A stretch of 64,000 nt of DNA. Origin: Savitreella phatthalungensis (lineage: Eukaryota). Of this stretch, positions 1 through 11,459 are shown in pieces (the stretch's first letter is position 1; each line of letters begins with the position of its first letter). The notes under the pieces are model-generated. The model ran no database searches, had not been told where the DNA came from, and was given only the letters and a program-made list of their open reading frames with translations. Location: contig AP039707.1 in NCBI GenBank assembly GCA_051599415.1, forward strand, positions 186,001 through 250,000, read 5' to 3'. A program made the translations under genes and the position numbers.

Positions 1-2006
1 GCCAAATGAAGAGAGAAAGGGACCTGGCTGGCACTGAACCAATAGAACGTTATAGCTGAAGCGCAGACCTCAATGCTCGATCGTGGATGCTTAGCCGAGC
101 TCCTGGTCGGTTTGCGTGTCACGAATGAGCGCAAGCACGAGTAACAAGTCGTAGCTGATCGGCTGTAGCTACTATGAGGAGTGAGGGTGGTGCGCTGGCT
201 TGTGATGAGCACGGGTCCACTAGATCCCGTTTGACTGGTCAAGCCAGCGGAAAAGAATCCTGCGCGCGAGAGAGAGAAGGGTATGACCTCCAGTGAAGTG
301 TCCTGTCAAGTCGATCCTTCCAAGCACAGAGAGTGTGAATGGAGCGCTATGCTTGGGCTTGTTCAGAAGCACTCGGTACACAGACTACAAATCCTTCCGA
401 GCGGTTTACCCGGCCGGCGCCTGCTCTCTACAGAAGATATGACGACCGTATGTTACCTTGATGTCAAAAGTTCCCACTTCACCCGGATCACCAGAGAGAT
501 CCAGGGGTTATAGACTTTAATGCTTTTGAGGGTAGTGGAATCGTGATGATTGGCACATGGAATTCCTCTCAAGACGGCTAATGAATTGTCCTACTGTGTC
601 CATGTACAGTTGACGCCATTACACGCACACGGCCACCAGATACCGTGAAGGAACATAAACTTCATCAGCTTCCCCATCTTGAGGGTATGCTGAAGCACTA
701 GCGACAGCTATCAGTATCCATTCTCAGTGAATAGATAACTCTATGATATTGACCGCAGGCCAGGTGAGCTGGAAAGCAGGAGAGCATTTAAGTTAGCGGG
801 TAGGTGGTGATCGAGTGGTATGGTTGACAGGATGCACGCGCACACAGATAAGATGATGATTGGCTAATTTCTATGCTTCAATCAGGATCTGCTAACCCGG
901 GCTAAATTTTAAAAAATATCCAATAAAATACACGTGCTGTTGACGCACATAGATCCATGGATCTAAGAGACAAGAAACAGGACGGAAGGCATACGCCGGA
1001 CGTCAGAGTAGAGTGTGTTGAGATGATGAGATGTATGCACAGAAGGGAGATGATCCCCCTGAGCAAGATTGTCGGTTTAGTACGATGCTTTTGAGTTATT
1101 TTTCACAGGGAGAGGATGTCACGACTCAATGAATTGATGGATTCAGAACGGAAATGTGTATGGTACACGTGCAGAAATCATGGTCAAATGATGCCATCAA
1201 TAGCTCAGCAATGATATACTCATCGATAATGCACACGCACACATACAGATGACATAACGTAGACTACTCTCAGGGGCAGAACTCAAGGAGGCATCCTTGA
1301 GCCTCCATAGTCATACACATACCTGCAGGCAACAATGGATTCAGAAGAAGAAAGTGCGCGTGTGAGACTGTACGTCTCGCCGTAGCAAGATAAGCTTCAT
1401 GAAGTGACCAGGCGAGCCCCAGAGTACGTCACTGTAGCTGGCACATTCCAGTAAATCAGACCATTCCGGCAGGACGTCAATCTGCTTGCCCCTTATCCTC
1501 ATCTGATGACTTAGGCTTGCACTAGCCGCTGATGATGATGCTGACGATGGAATTGACAAGTCGAGAGGCCAAATCACCGCCATCATTGTTCGACATGCGG
1601 TTGAACCACTCTGCTTCGGTACAATACTGCGTGCATCGGACATGCAACAGTCCTTGGTCGTGCATTCACTCGAGTCGAGTCCCAGTCGAGTGGTCCGGTT
1701 CAATGCTCATGAATGCATGATCTGATTACTTGGGTCGATATCTTGCATCATTGACAATTCGACAATTCAATTCCAGAGCTCGACCTCATCCGACAAACAC
1801 GTGCAGCTCTAGCCTGACCAAAATCCGTGATCGACCTTCATCACGTGTTAAGGCAACCAGATTCAGGGCTGTATACTGTCATGACGGCTTCTATGCACAG
1901 GGTCATCATGAGCAAGTCGCGTAGCCCTGTACAATCCTCACACTTCTAGAGGTACAGCAGCCATCTGTTCGGAGAGACCTACAGCCTTGTTTGTCGAGGC
2001 ACTCAG

Positions 2007-4214
2007 ATGCACGCAGCTCGCACGATCGCGACACAGACGGTCCGATCAGCTCTCCGGCGCAAGTGCTATCGTGCCTTCCCGATCAACCGATCATCACTCT
2101 CACCATGTCCAATACACGCCTTTCATACAACTGCCTCAAGAGAATTTGCATTCCGCTGGTTCAAACGTCCTTCTGAGGACCAGTCGGTTGTGGATCGTCG
2201 TACATGGCGTCGGACGCTCAATGCTGGCCGTCGACCCGATTCCCAGCTTGCGGAACACGATGCTGAACTCCTCCTTGCGGTTCTGAATCGTCCAGAGACA
2301 GGCCACCGATACCTGTCCTTTGAGGATCTTCTGGAAGCTCTGCAGCTGAGCACACGTCAGACTTCTGCATTGCATGCGTCTCTCTCGGCACAGCTCTACT
2401 CGACCTTGCTCACACGCTGGCATGAGGCAGTTGAAGGTACTGATGCAGAGACTGTAATTGCCCATATCGCTCCGACCTTGATACATCACCTCGCTCTGGC
2501 GGGCGAGAGTCATGCGGCTTTGACGCTGTGTGCGGAGATTTCGTCAAAGCAAAGCGCTGCCTCAGATTTGTGGGTCAGCCTCCTGCAGGGATACAAGGAC
2601 GCAGCAGACATCGATGCCTACATCAAAGCTCGCGAGTATATGCTATTACACGCCGTACCGATGACGACCAATCTACTCAACCTTCATCTGCAGCTGTGCG
2701 ATGCAGGCAAGCTGTATACTGATGCAATCGAGCTGTACAATCGGGCAGAAGTTGCCAAGGATACACGCACGCGCAAGGCTGTTCTCGACATCGCCCTCAA
2801 GACGCGCGACTGGTCGTTGGGCGAGAAGGTGGTCCAGGATGTCCGCAGGCATGACGTGACTGATGACCCATATGACGCATATCCTGCGCTACTGGCCTGG
2901 CTTGCCGGAAAGGGCGTCTCGATGGAAGAAATGACGCAGGAGATCAAAACGATGCGCGATGCAGATGTCGATTTGTCGACTGAGATCATGGACGGAATGC
3001 TCTATGGCGCGACGCTGACGGAGCAATGGCAGGCTGTCGAACAACTGTGGGATGCTCATGCTGCTGACTTGCTCCCTTCTGCTCGTACGCTGAGCTTGCG
3101 AGTCGCCGCAGCAGTCATGGCTCACGATTTACCACTTGCGACGCAGGTCTACGCGACGAGCAAGTCCCATGCGTTGCACGACCAGCTCGATTCGCTATCC
3201 CTGCAAGCACTTCTGGCTGCTGAACTCGCAGGTGACCGCTCCGCCAAGAACAACACGCTGGTTGACGAGATCTTAGGCACCCTGATGGTACGTGTTCCGT
3301 GCCCAATAACGCCGCTGTCGCTACGAATCCTTGTGCCGAAGCTCATCGCCGCGCAGGGCCATCTGAAATTAGACGAGATCCTACGACTGTGCAAGCAGAC
3401 GCGCGCTGACTGGGATTCCGCCGCAGTCATCTCCCTCATCATGGACGAGGTCGCTGTGGCGAAAGACGCGAAAGCCGTAATAAACTTGCACACAATGCTA
3501 CGTCGGTGTTTCGCTGAGGAGCGCGCATTCGATCTCGACGTCAGACACAAGTTACTCGATAGACTCGGTCAGCTCGGCGCAGGCAAACAGATGGGCGATC
3601 TATTCCAACAATTCCTCAAGGCATCTGCGGGCGCTGACGCCCCAGCTCACGGTCGACCGGACTACACAACCTACCTGCTGATGCTGAATGCAGCGACGGA
3701 GATGCGCGACCTGCAGCTCGTCAGGCGCGTCCACATGTGTCTGCGGATGGACGTTGTCAGCATTGGCGATCGTCCGGGCGAGCACACTGCCGTGCTGAAT
3801 CGGCTGATGAAGGCGTATGCCTACTGCCTGTCGCCGTCGTGCCTGGACGTGTGGGAGCAGCTGTGTATCGGGGGCGATGGCCCAGACCACGCAGCAGTCT
3901 CGATCATCCTCGACGCCTGCAACCACATGCGCGTTCCGCAGCGGGGACAGCACATCTGGCGCACCCTTCACAGAACACACTTCCAATTCAACGACAACAA
4001 CTGGGCTTCAAGAATCGAAATGCTCACGCGAAACGGCCTCATCGACGAAGCCTTCGAATCACTTGACCAAGGTATTCTGCTCGACCAACACGCAATTGGC
4101 GAACGCACACTGTCGACCTTGTGGAACACTGCAGGTGGCGTCAGACAGCGGACGGATGCATGGGCGCGAGAGAACCTACCAGCCGTTTGGGATCGTCTGA
4201 TGAATCGAGATTGA
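2007..4214 (+). CDS. Mitochondrial PPR-like alpha-helical repeat protein (CIA84-like)
   Basis: 735-aa ORF with an Arg-rich N-terminal presequence and degenerate PPR-like units (LWVSLLQGY, PDYTTYLLMLNAA, VLNRLMKAYA, PDHAAVSIILDAC, NNWASRIEMLTRNGLIDEA). Confidence 0.65.
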   Translation: MHAARTIATQTVRSALRRKCYRAFPINRSSLSPCPIHAFHTTASREFAFRWFKRPSEDQSVVDRRTWRRTLNAGRRPDSQLAEHDAELLLAVLNRPETGHRYLSFEDLLEALQLSTRQTSALHASLSAQLYSTLLTRWHEAVEGTDAETVIAHIAPTLIHHLALAGESHAALTLCAEISSKQSAASDLWVSLLQGYKDAADIDAYIKAREYMLLHAVPMTTNLLNLHLQLCDAGKLYTDAIELYNRAEVAKDTRTRKAVLDIALKTRDWSLGEKVVQDVRRHDVTDDPYDAYPALLAWLAGKGVSMEEMTQEIKTMRDADVDLSTEIMDGMLYGATLTEQWQAVEQLWDAHAADLLPSARTLSLRVAAAVMAHDLPLATQVYATSKSHALHDQLDSLSLQALLAAELAGDRSAKNNTLVDEILGTLMVRVPCPITPLSLRILVPKLIAAQGHLKLDEILRLCKQTRADWDSAAVISLIMDEVAVAKDAKAVINLHTMLRRCFAEERAFDLDVRHKLLDRLGQLGAGKQMGDLFQQFLKASAGADAPAHGRPDYTTYLLMLNAATEMRDLQLVRRVHMCLRMDVVSIGDRPGEHTAVLNRLMKAYAYCLSPSCLDVWEQLCIGGDGPDHAAVSIILDACNHMRVPQRGQHIWRTLHRTHFQFNDNNWASRIEMLTRNGLIDEAFESLDQGILLDQHAIGERTLSTLWNTAGGVRQRTDAWARENLPAVWDRLMNRD

Positions 4215-4509
4215 TAGAAATCCTACCGTGTACAGGCGCTGTCAGACGACATACAGAGCCCAATGACATTGATGATGACGATGACCAGCAGTGTCACAGA
4301 GCGAGTGTCCTTGTCCGCCGGTAATTTTGTACGTACACGTGCTCTTTTCGGTAGTGGCCGTAGTGCGGTCGGCTAAATTACCTTGAAATTCTCCCCACGG
4401 ATTGGATGTGACGTACGTTTTGAGCGACACTCGACTCCGTAGCATTGTACGGCAGGATCGAGCATAATTGCACACGACCCAAACACTTTGCCAGAAGCAT
4501 CAAACAGCC

Positions 4510-5668
4510 ATGGCTCCTCTACCGAAGACGATGAAGGTCGTCAACGTACGCATCTCTCCAGATGTCTGCATGACCGCTCGATACTGACATGACCGCTCGC
4601 TAGATCCGGGATGGGAAAGGCCCCTTGTCACACCTCTATATCGACGACACATACGCGTTCCCTGACCCTGCTGCCGTCCAAGCGTACCAGGCATCCGCCG
4701 GCCAGGGTGACTCTGCTCACGTGGTCGTGGTCAAGGTGGCGTACTTTGGGCTCAACAGGATGGATATCCTCCAGCGGGAGGGGAAGTACCCGCTGCCTCC
4801 GCAGGCCGGTGAGATCATGGGCGTCGAGTTTGCCGGTGTGGTTGTGTCGGAGGTGGGTGAGAAGGAGGATGGTGGGGTCGAGGTTGGGGATAAGGTGTTT
4901 GGGCTGGCGTACGGTGGCGCGTATGCGCAGTATATCGCTAATCCCGCGGCAATGTGCTGCAGGGTGCCAGAGGGACTGCCGATCGAGGTCGCTGCTAGTC
5001 TGCCGGAGGTCTGGTTCACGGCGATCCAGGCGTTGTACCTCGTAGGAGGGCTCGAGGACGGGAAGGGCGAGAGGGTGCTGGTGCATGCTGGAGCGTCGGG
5101 CGTGGGGTTGGCGGCACAGTACCTCGCGCGCGCCGCAGGGTGCGCCAAGGTGTATGCGACCGCCGGCAGCGAGAAGAAGCTGGAGCTGTGCAGGCAGGCT
5201 GGTGCGACCAGGGCGATTAATTATCGGACAGAGCAGTACGATGAGGTCATTTTGGACGATCTTGGTAACACGGAGGGGAAGGACGCGATCAAGGGCGTCG
5301 ATCTCATTCTCGACTTCATCGGAAAGGACTACTGGGCTAAGAATATCCGTGTGTGTGCGCGGGACGCTAGAGTAGTCTACCTTGCGTTCATGAGCGGTAA
5401 TGTCGTCGACAAACTCGACCTCGCACCACTCTTGCTGAAGCGGTTGCGGGTCCAGGGCACCTCCTTACGCTCCCGCACACCTCAGTACCAGCAACACCTG
5501 CGCGACCTCTTTCTCGAGAAGGCCCTGCCGAAGATCGTCAGCGGCGAGTTTGTCTCTCACATCGATAAGATCTTCGACTGGGAGGATATCGCGGAGGCGC
5601 AGCGCCGGATGCAGGAGAATGCTGGCGACGGCGGCAAGATTGTCTGCCGTGTCAGCCACGACGACTAG
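4510..5668 (+). CDS. NADPH:quinone oxidoreductase (zeta-crystallin/PIG3-like MDR family), 2 exons
   Basis: Exon 1 is 4510-4545 (MAPLPKTMKVVN). Intron 4546-4603 reads GTACGC...TACTGAC...CTAG. Exon 2 is in frame with the 4625 ORF. Motifs: FGLNRMD...REGKYP, GVEFAG, VLVHAGASGVG, GTSLRSR, GKIV. Confidence 0.9.
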
Positions 5669-5690
5669 CCTGGCCTGGCTTTACCTGGCA

Positions 5691-7193
5691 TCATAGCTTC
5701 AGGTCCTTTAGCTCTACATTCGGCAATCGATGGAGACCTACCAGATAGAGTTCTGTGGACTCCTTTCGTGATGCTTCCGGCTTGACTGTGTGGACGCGCT
5801 TGAAGAGCTGCTTAATGCGATTTCGTATTTCCTCCGTCTCCCTGCCGTCGAAAAGCTTGCAGACGAAGTGTCCGCGTGGCTTGAGGTGATTAGCGGCAAA
5901 GACGAGGGCAGAGTCGCACAGATCGATTGACGCAGCGTGGTCAGCATAGCGAGAACCGGTCGTGTTGGCCATCATGTCGCTGAGGACAACGTCGACCAAT
6001 TTCGGTCTCAATCGCTCAATCTCGCTCGCGCTCGATTCCATTGCGGATACAGTAGTGGCTGACTCAGCCTTGTCAAAATCGATCGACGATTGCCCGTCGG
6101 CGTGCAGAGTCTTGTCAGTCACTGTCTTGCCGGACGCGACGACTCCATCAATCGGTGCGATTTCATCGCCAGCTGGAGGTTCGTCTATTTCGTCTTCGGT
6201 GGCCGGAGATATTGGTGGGGTCGATTGTGGTTGCGGTGACGTGGGTGCTCGACCGACGTGGATAAAGAGCTCGCCTGAGTCTGGCGGATTGGACTTGGCA
6301 AGCGGGGTTTCCTGCTCTGCAGGAGATCTGGATGGTATGTGCGCGAGCTCGAAGACACCGGAGCGTGCACTGTTGACGAGATCGATGTAGCTCGCGCCTT
6401 CTTCTTGCTCCTCAAGCAGCTCGGCATCTTGCTGCGCAGCCTCACGAGCTTCCTGTAGAAGTGCCTCCTCCTCAGCCTTCTTCGCCCGACCGCGCTTCTT
6501 CTTCACCGGGTTGCCCTCAGCATCGACCTCAGTCAACCGAGGACCCGAAGCTCGCTTCTTCGTGGTTGTAGTTTCTAGGTTCGTGGTTGCAGTGGTGGCT
6601 GCAGCCGCAGCTGCGGAAGCCTCGGACTCTGGATCGAGTGTCGAAGGAGCGTACAGACCCTTTTCATCCTCTCGTAGCGGGACTTCCTGCGGCGCGTTTG
6701 CTGCCTGCTTGCCGCGAATGAGTAAGGGTAGTCGTCTGCCGCGCTGTGGGTCTAAAAGGTACTGGACGACGGCGATGTGTGTACGGCGCGAATTGAAATT
6801 GGCCTGGATACTTGAGGTTCCCCGAGGAGGTACGACGGGCAGAAGGTCTACGCCGAGCACACGTCCGCGTGGACCAACTTTCGAGAGTGCTACTTGTGAC
6901 CAGGCACCCGGGGCGAATCCGAGATCCAGCACCGTTTGACCAGGCCGGAAGAGCTTGTACTTGTCATTCAGAGCTAGTAGCTTGTATGCTGAGCGGGCCA
7001 ATAGCTGTTCTGACTTGGCACTGCGAGAGTGTGGATCACGCGTTGCTCTCTGTAGCCATCGTTTAGATGATGAGCTCGTAGCATATTGACGTGTCGAAGC
7101 GTGAGAGCATGTGCACGGGAGTTTGACACGTCTACAGGCAAGCTGAACAGCTCTACTCAGAGCTGTGAGATGGTCTCCAAGGGATGGTAGCAT
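5691..7193 (-). CDS. MRM2: Mitochondrial LSU rRNA 2'-O-methyltransferase (FtsJ/RlmE family)
   Basis: Motifs SSKRWLQR..RD, ARSAYKL, VLDLGFAPGAWSQV, VDVVLSDM, GHFVCK and KPEASRKESTELY. First in-frame ATG is at 7193 (the track start 7253 is GTG). Confidence 0.88.
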   Translation of the reverse strand: MLPSLGDHLTALSRAVQLACRRVKLPCTCSHASTRQYATSSSSKRWLQRATRDPHSRSAKSEQLLARSAYKLLALNDKYKLFRPGQTVLDLGFAPGAWSQVALSKVGPRGRVLGVDLLPVVPPRGTSSIQANFNSRRTHIAVVQYLLDPQRGRRLPLLIRGKQAANAPQEVPLREDEKGLYAPSTLDPESEASAAAAAATTATTNLETTTTKKRASGPRLTEVDAEGNPVKKKRGRAKKAEEEALLQEAREAAQQDAELLEEQEEGASYIDLVNSARSGVFELAHIPSRSPAEQETPLAKSNPPDSGELFIHVGRAPTSPQPQSTPPISPATEDEIDEPPAGDEIAPIDGVVASGKTVTDKTLHADGQSSIDFDKAESATTVSAMESSASEIERLRPKLVDVVLSDMMANTTGSRYADHAASIDLCDSALVFAANHLKPRGHFVCKLFDGRETEEIRNRIKQLFKRVHTVKPEASRKESTELYLVGLHRLPNVELKDLKL

Positions 7194-7519
7194 CACCTGA
7201 AGAGCAGGTAGACTGCTGTACTGAACCTGGCTGAAGTGTGGTTGTGCATTCACCAGTCTTGTTTAGGTTCATCAGTGCACGTGAATAAATGCACGACAGT
7301 CCTTGGACTGACTCTCAAAGAATGCAGGAGATCCAGCATTGGATGAGTAGACAGAAACGCAAGATGATGACTTTGAAAGGGGTTCATGCTACGTACACAT
7401 AGCTACTTGGCTCTTTCATGTAGGCTAATGACCCTGCTCGCCTTCAGAGATAGCTATCTTCTTCTTTTCTCCTCTAGATTTGAACTGCTGGAGCACATCG
7501 AGCTCAGGTCGAGACTACC

Positions 7520-8473
7520 TCAGATGAACTTGCCGGTCTTCTTGACTCTTGCATCGTTGTTGTCGTTGTTGACGTTGAGGAGGAGTGTGTCTGAGTCGAG
7601 AAGGACTCTGTTAGATCCCTGTGAGATCAAGTGAGCGATCTCTCTTGCAGTCTCTAGCTTCTTCAGCTCAACGTATTGTGGCTTGTTCTTCAGGGCCTCA
7701 CCAATCAGCTCTGCAGAACGAGCTTCACCCTGAGCAATGACGATCTTCTGCTGCTTCTCCTGACGAGCGCGGTCGACGACGAAGGCCGCACGCTGGGCGT
7801 CCTGCTGAGCCACCTGCTTCGACTCTACTGCTGCCGTGAACTCCGGTGAGAACTGGACATGTGTGAGGGAGACGTCCTCAAGCAAGATGTTGAAACGAGC
7901 TGCGCGACGTGCCAAGTTGTCGCGGACCAATCTTGCGACGCGCTCGCGCTGTGTGATGAGCTGTGATGCATTGAACTGAGCAACCACAGATTTGAGGACC
8001 TCGTTCACGATCGAGGGCAGAACGCGTTCGTCGTAGTCTTCACCGAGCGTGCGGTAGATCTGCGGCAGTTCTGCGACGTTTGGCCGTGAGAGCACTCTGC
8101 AGGTGATGTTGACCATCTGGAGGTCCTTCGTGCCTGTCAGAGAGGCGACGTTGCGTGGCCGTGCACGGACGTCGTAGTCGACCACACTCTCGAACCACGG
8201 CAGCATCAAATGCGTTCCTTCGTTGAAGATCTCCGACTTGACTCCTGTCAGACGCGAGTATTTGATTGCACGGTGACCACCATCGACGTTGAAGATGGCG
8301 TTGTTGACGATCAATGCTCCTCCACCAAGTAGAACTAGACCACCGACTCCGGCAAAAAGCCCTGCAGGAGGCTGGCCGCCACTGCTGCCGCCGCCTGCAT
8401 TGCCAGCTGTCCGGACACGCTGAAGAGCGCTCTGGAACTGGCGGAATGCCGCCTTGCCCTGAGGTGTATTCAT
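7520..8473 (-). CDS. PHB2: Prohibitin-2
   Basis: NVDGGHRAIKYSRL, TGTKDLQMVNITCRVLSRP, YDERVLPSIVNEVLKSVVAQFNASQLITQRE. Confidence 0.96.
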   Translation of the reverse strand: MNTPQGKAAFRQFQSALQRVRTAGNAGGGSSGGQPPAGLFAGVGGLVLLGGGALIVNNAIFNVDGGHRAIKYSRLTGVKSEIFNEGTHLMLPWFESVVDYDVRARPRNVASLTGTKDLQMVNITCRVLSRPNVAELPQIYRTLGEDYDERVLPSIVNEVLKSVVAQFNASQLITQRERVARLVRDNLARRAARFNILLEDVSLTHVQFSPEFTAAVESKQVAQQDAQRAAFVVDRARQEKQQKIVIAQGEARSAELIGEALKNKPQYVELKKLETAREIAHLISQGSNRVLLDSDTLLLNVNNDNNDARVKKTGKFI

Positions 8474-8927
8474 CTAAGGGACACTGCGAGTAATCCGATA
8501 CAGGAATATGACTCCGACTTGAGCTTAGGTTTGTCTGACCTTGAATGCGAGTAAGAGCAAAGCTTGCACTACAGCCTGAGTAAGCTTGTCCTAGCAGAGG
8601 GTGAGGAGCTTTAGAGAGAGCACTGGAGAGGAAGTGAGTATAAGATGGAGTGTGCGTAATCGTCGCTGACAGAGAATCTCAATCACGTGTAATTGGTTTG
8701 AATCCTCGAATGCACAAACTGACGCCCATATGCACACACCAGAAACACCCAATGGTACCATACAGTCTGCTTGACTGGCCGACGCCACTCATCGTTCACT
8801 CGCTCCCTCATGATCTCCTCCTGTTGGCCTCGTGAGGCTATGCCCCTGAGGGATACTACTGAATAGACCCTCTAGAATGACATGCAAATGTTTATGATTC
8901 AGATAGCTAAGGTGGGAAATCTGTCTA

Positions 8928-9875
8928 TCATAGGAACAGCTTGAATGGGTAGCCACCGTTTTTCTGCCGGAAGAGCTGGATGAGGAATGAGTAGACAAAG
9001 AACTGGACGAGTACCCAGACACTGACGAGCATGGCTTGCGTGTTGCGGTTGCGGATTCTTGGGACTGCAACTGCGAGGGAGATGACTGAGAATGCGAGAA
9101 GACCGTAGATACCCCCAACGATGTACACCTCTGCGCCAAACTGCTCGGTGAAGCCGCCGGCGATGTACGGTCCATCGGGTCCTCCCTTGTACGGAGAGTG
9201 ACGTACCTGTGTGAACATGTACCCACCGTTGAAGATGAGGATGAGGGCGATGGTCACTAGCGCCCAGAAATGCCGAGACGTCAAAATCGGGCCGGCCAAT
9301 CTCCAGATCACAGCTCCGCCAACCACGATCCCCACAATCGAACCTGCGAACCGTCCAGCCTTCGCGTAGTCAAATGAACGCTTCACCTGGAGCTGCCGCC
9401 CACCAAGCGCATCCCGCAGAAACTCTGCAGCAGCATCTGCATTTGGACCACGGGAGAAGTCGTACCTTCTGGGTTCAGCCTCTTCTAGGGCGTGAGGACC
9501 GTCTGTGGGTGGGAAAACCCATAGGTTTGGTGCGTTGGCGAGCTTGTTGGCTGCAAATGCGTTTCTAGCGGCGTCAAAATCAGCGTAACCGAAGTGGACA
9601 GGCGCAAGGCCGTCCTTCGCAAATGACGACCTCGCAGAGGATGACAGAATCTTGAATTCTGGCTCGAACAGCTGGCAGAAGTGGCAACCGAACTGATCAG
9701 CAAGGGTTGTGAAAAGGACGACCGCCCAATAGTCTCGTTTGGCAGGTACAAAGTCCTTATAGTTGTTGTTGGTGATGGTGGTGATGCCATTGGAATCTTT
9801 CTTGAGCGTCATCTTGGCTGACACCGTGCCAAGACATGCCGTCAGCAGGCTAGCTATCAAAAGCCGTACCTGCAT
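8928..9875 (-). CDS. OST3: Oligosaccharyltransferase subunit OST3/OST6 (gamma)
   Basis: Signal peptide, thioredoxin-like CHFC motif, four C-terminal TM segments and a terminal KNGGYPF. Confidence 0.9.
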   Translation of the reverse strand: MQVRLLIASLLTACLGTVSAKMTLKKDSNGITTITNNNYKDFVPAKRDYWAVVLFTTLADQFGCHFCQLFEPEFKILSSSARSSFAKDGLAPVHFGYADFDAARNAFAANKLANAPNLWVFPPTDGPHALEEAEPRRYDFSRGPNADAAAEFLRDALGGRQLQVKRSFDYAKAGRFAGSIVGIVVGGAVIWRLAGPILTSRHFWALVTIALILIFNGGYMFTQVRHSPYKGGPDGPYIAGGFTEQFGAEVYIVGGIYGLLAFSVISLAVAVPRIRNRNTQAMLVSVWVLVQFFVYSFLIQLFRQKNGGYPFKLFL

Positions 9876-10092
9876 GACGATATTGACAGTGAGACACTGA
9901 TTAAGCTGACTTGACTCTGTCTGGCTTCTTCAACTTCAAGCTACAGACGTGTCGCGCTGAGGCAGTCCGCGAATCCAGGAAGATGCGCTCCTGGGTTTGT
10001 GATTGATCGACCATGCACGTGAAAAACGACCACATGCAGAAATGACACTACCACAGCACAACCTACATCTACAGGGGCGTCATTGGCCGGCT

Positions 10093-11265
10093 ATGCCAAG
10101 TAGGAGTCGTGCGTTCGGCGGTGCTAGTGGCGGCGTTGGCGTCGCCGAAGATGATGATGATGTGGACGGAGTTGGGCAAGTCCAGGCAATCACAGAGTTC
10201 TCCTTAGAAGCTCACGCGGAGGCAGAGGCTGCCAGGAAGCTGAAAGAGACACCGATCGTCGCCAAGCAAGCCAACACAATCCGCTATCGACCGGTAACAG
10301 CGACGGACACACAGGCTCTGGGGCAAGGTCGCTCGGCTGCTGAAATTGAAGCTGAAGAACGTGCGGGACAGGGCAGCTATGGCCTGACCGAGCGTACTGC
10401 TGCAGCAATTCCCGATGAGCCTCAACACGGCACCACGACAGTCGCTTCGCAGGTGACGAGAACTAGTAACGGAGGTGGGCGAACACTTCACATGCGTCCG
10501 GCTGCGAGAGACGCAAGTCATCCTGACTCTGCTACACTCGACGACTACGCTGCAATGCCCGTCGAGCAATTCGGGCTTGCCATGCTGCGCGGCATGGGAT
10601 ATGTGCCACCGAAAGAGGACTCGAGTGAAGATTCGGGGGATGAGTATCAAGGAGACGGGCGGGAGAAGAAGCGTAGGAAGTCAGGTAAAAGGGACGAAGA
10701 AGAGAAGAAAATCAAGCGCAGACCAGACTTCTTAGGGCTCGGGGCGAAAGAAGAGCCTTTGCCAGTCCCAGAACCAGGCGAGCGCAAGCCGACTGAAGAA
10801 GAGCAGCGGAAATTGGACGCTGAGAAGCGTCGGCAGGCTCGGAGCTTTTTACCACTGATGAAAGTCGATCGTCAAACAGGGAAGCGGATTGTTGAGGACC
10901 GTAGTCAGGGGGACGCACCTGTGAGAAGTGACCGCTCAGATAGTCAGGAGACTGGGCGAAGCAGAAATGATGACCGGGACATTCGACGGCGACGCGAGCG
11001 ATCTTATTCGCCACTCCGGTCTAGTGGTGATGGTCGGGCAGGACATAGTCGCGGACGACGCGACTCCGGCCGGCGACGCCAGAGAGAGCGAGAGACTGAC
11101 GACAACCGGAGGAATTCTGAACGGGAGAGAGACAAGCACTCTCGCAGACACAGAGATGACTATGATAGATACGCACGAGACAGACACGACAGGCATGAGA
11201 GATCCAAGCGCAGCGAGCGCGACGACAATCCAAGGGAACGAAGACAGAGCGGACTGTACAGATAG
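10093..11265 (+). CDS. SPP2: G-patch splicing factor Spp2-like, with an R/D/E-rich tail
   Basis: Spp2-type G-patch DDYAAMPVEQFGLAMLRGMG...RRPDFLGLGAK. Start is uncertain (ATG 10042 or 10093; the track start is TTG). Confidence 0.8.
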   Translation: MPSRSRAFGGASGGVGVAEDDDDVDGVGQVQAITEFSLEAHAEAEAARKLKETPIVAKQANTIRYRPVTATDTQALGQGRSAAEIEAEERAGQGSYGLTERTAAAIPDEPQHGTTTVASQVTRTSNGGGRTLHMRPAARDASHPDSATLDDYAAMPVEQFGLAMLRGMGYVPPKEDSSEDSGDEYQGDGREKKRRKSGKRDEEEKKIKRRPDFLGLGAKEEPLPVPEPGERKPTEEEQRKLDAEKRRQARSFLPLMKVDRQTGKRIVEDRSQGDAPVRSDRSDSQETGRSRNDDRDIRRRRERSYSPLRSSGDGRAGHSRGRRDSGRRRQRERETDDNRRNSERERDKHSRRHRDDYDRYARDRHDRHERSKRSERDDNPRERRQSGLYR

Positions 11266-11459
11266 GATAAGCCATATGAACGGCAGAAAGGTCGATACGA
11301 TTACAAATGGTAGCATAAGCTGAAGGCGCATAGTTGCGGCGTCATTACTACTATGAAGGACATGGTCGTGAGTGTCCGTTTTGTGGATTGGGCGTCAAGA
11401 TGCTAATAAGAATGCTGTGGGCATAAGAAAAGGAGAAAAGAAATGTGGTCGTCGATTGA

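Noticed and set aside
1..1950. Short ORFs at 283-513 and 1341-1703, and a signal-peptide-like minus-strand fragment near 590-720
   Set aside because: I could not build a consistent gene model or recognise a family, so it is left unannotated, although an orphan gene is possible.
8474..8539. Possible 5'-UTR intron ending TAG|ATG before PHB2
   Set aside because: Weak donor (GTCAGA) and no clear CTRAC branch point.
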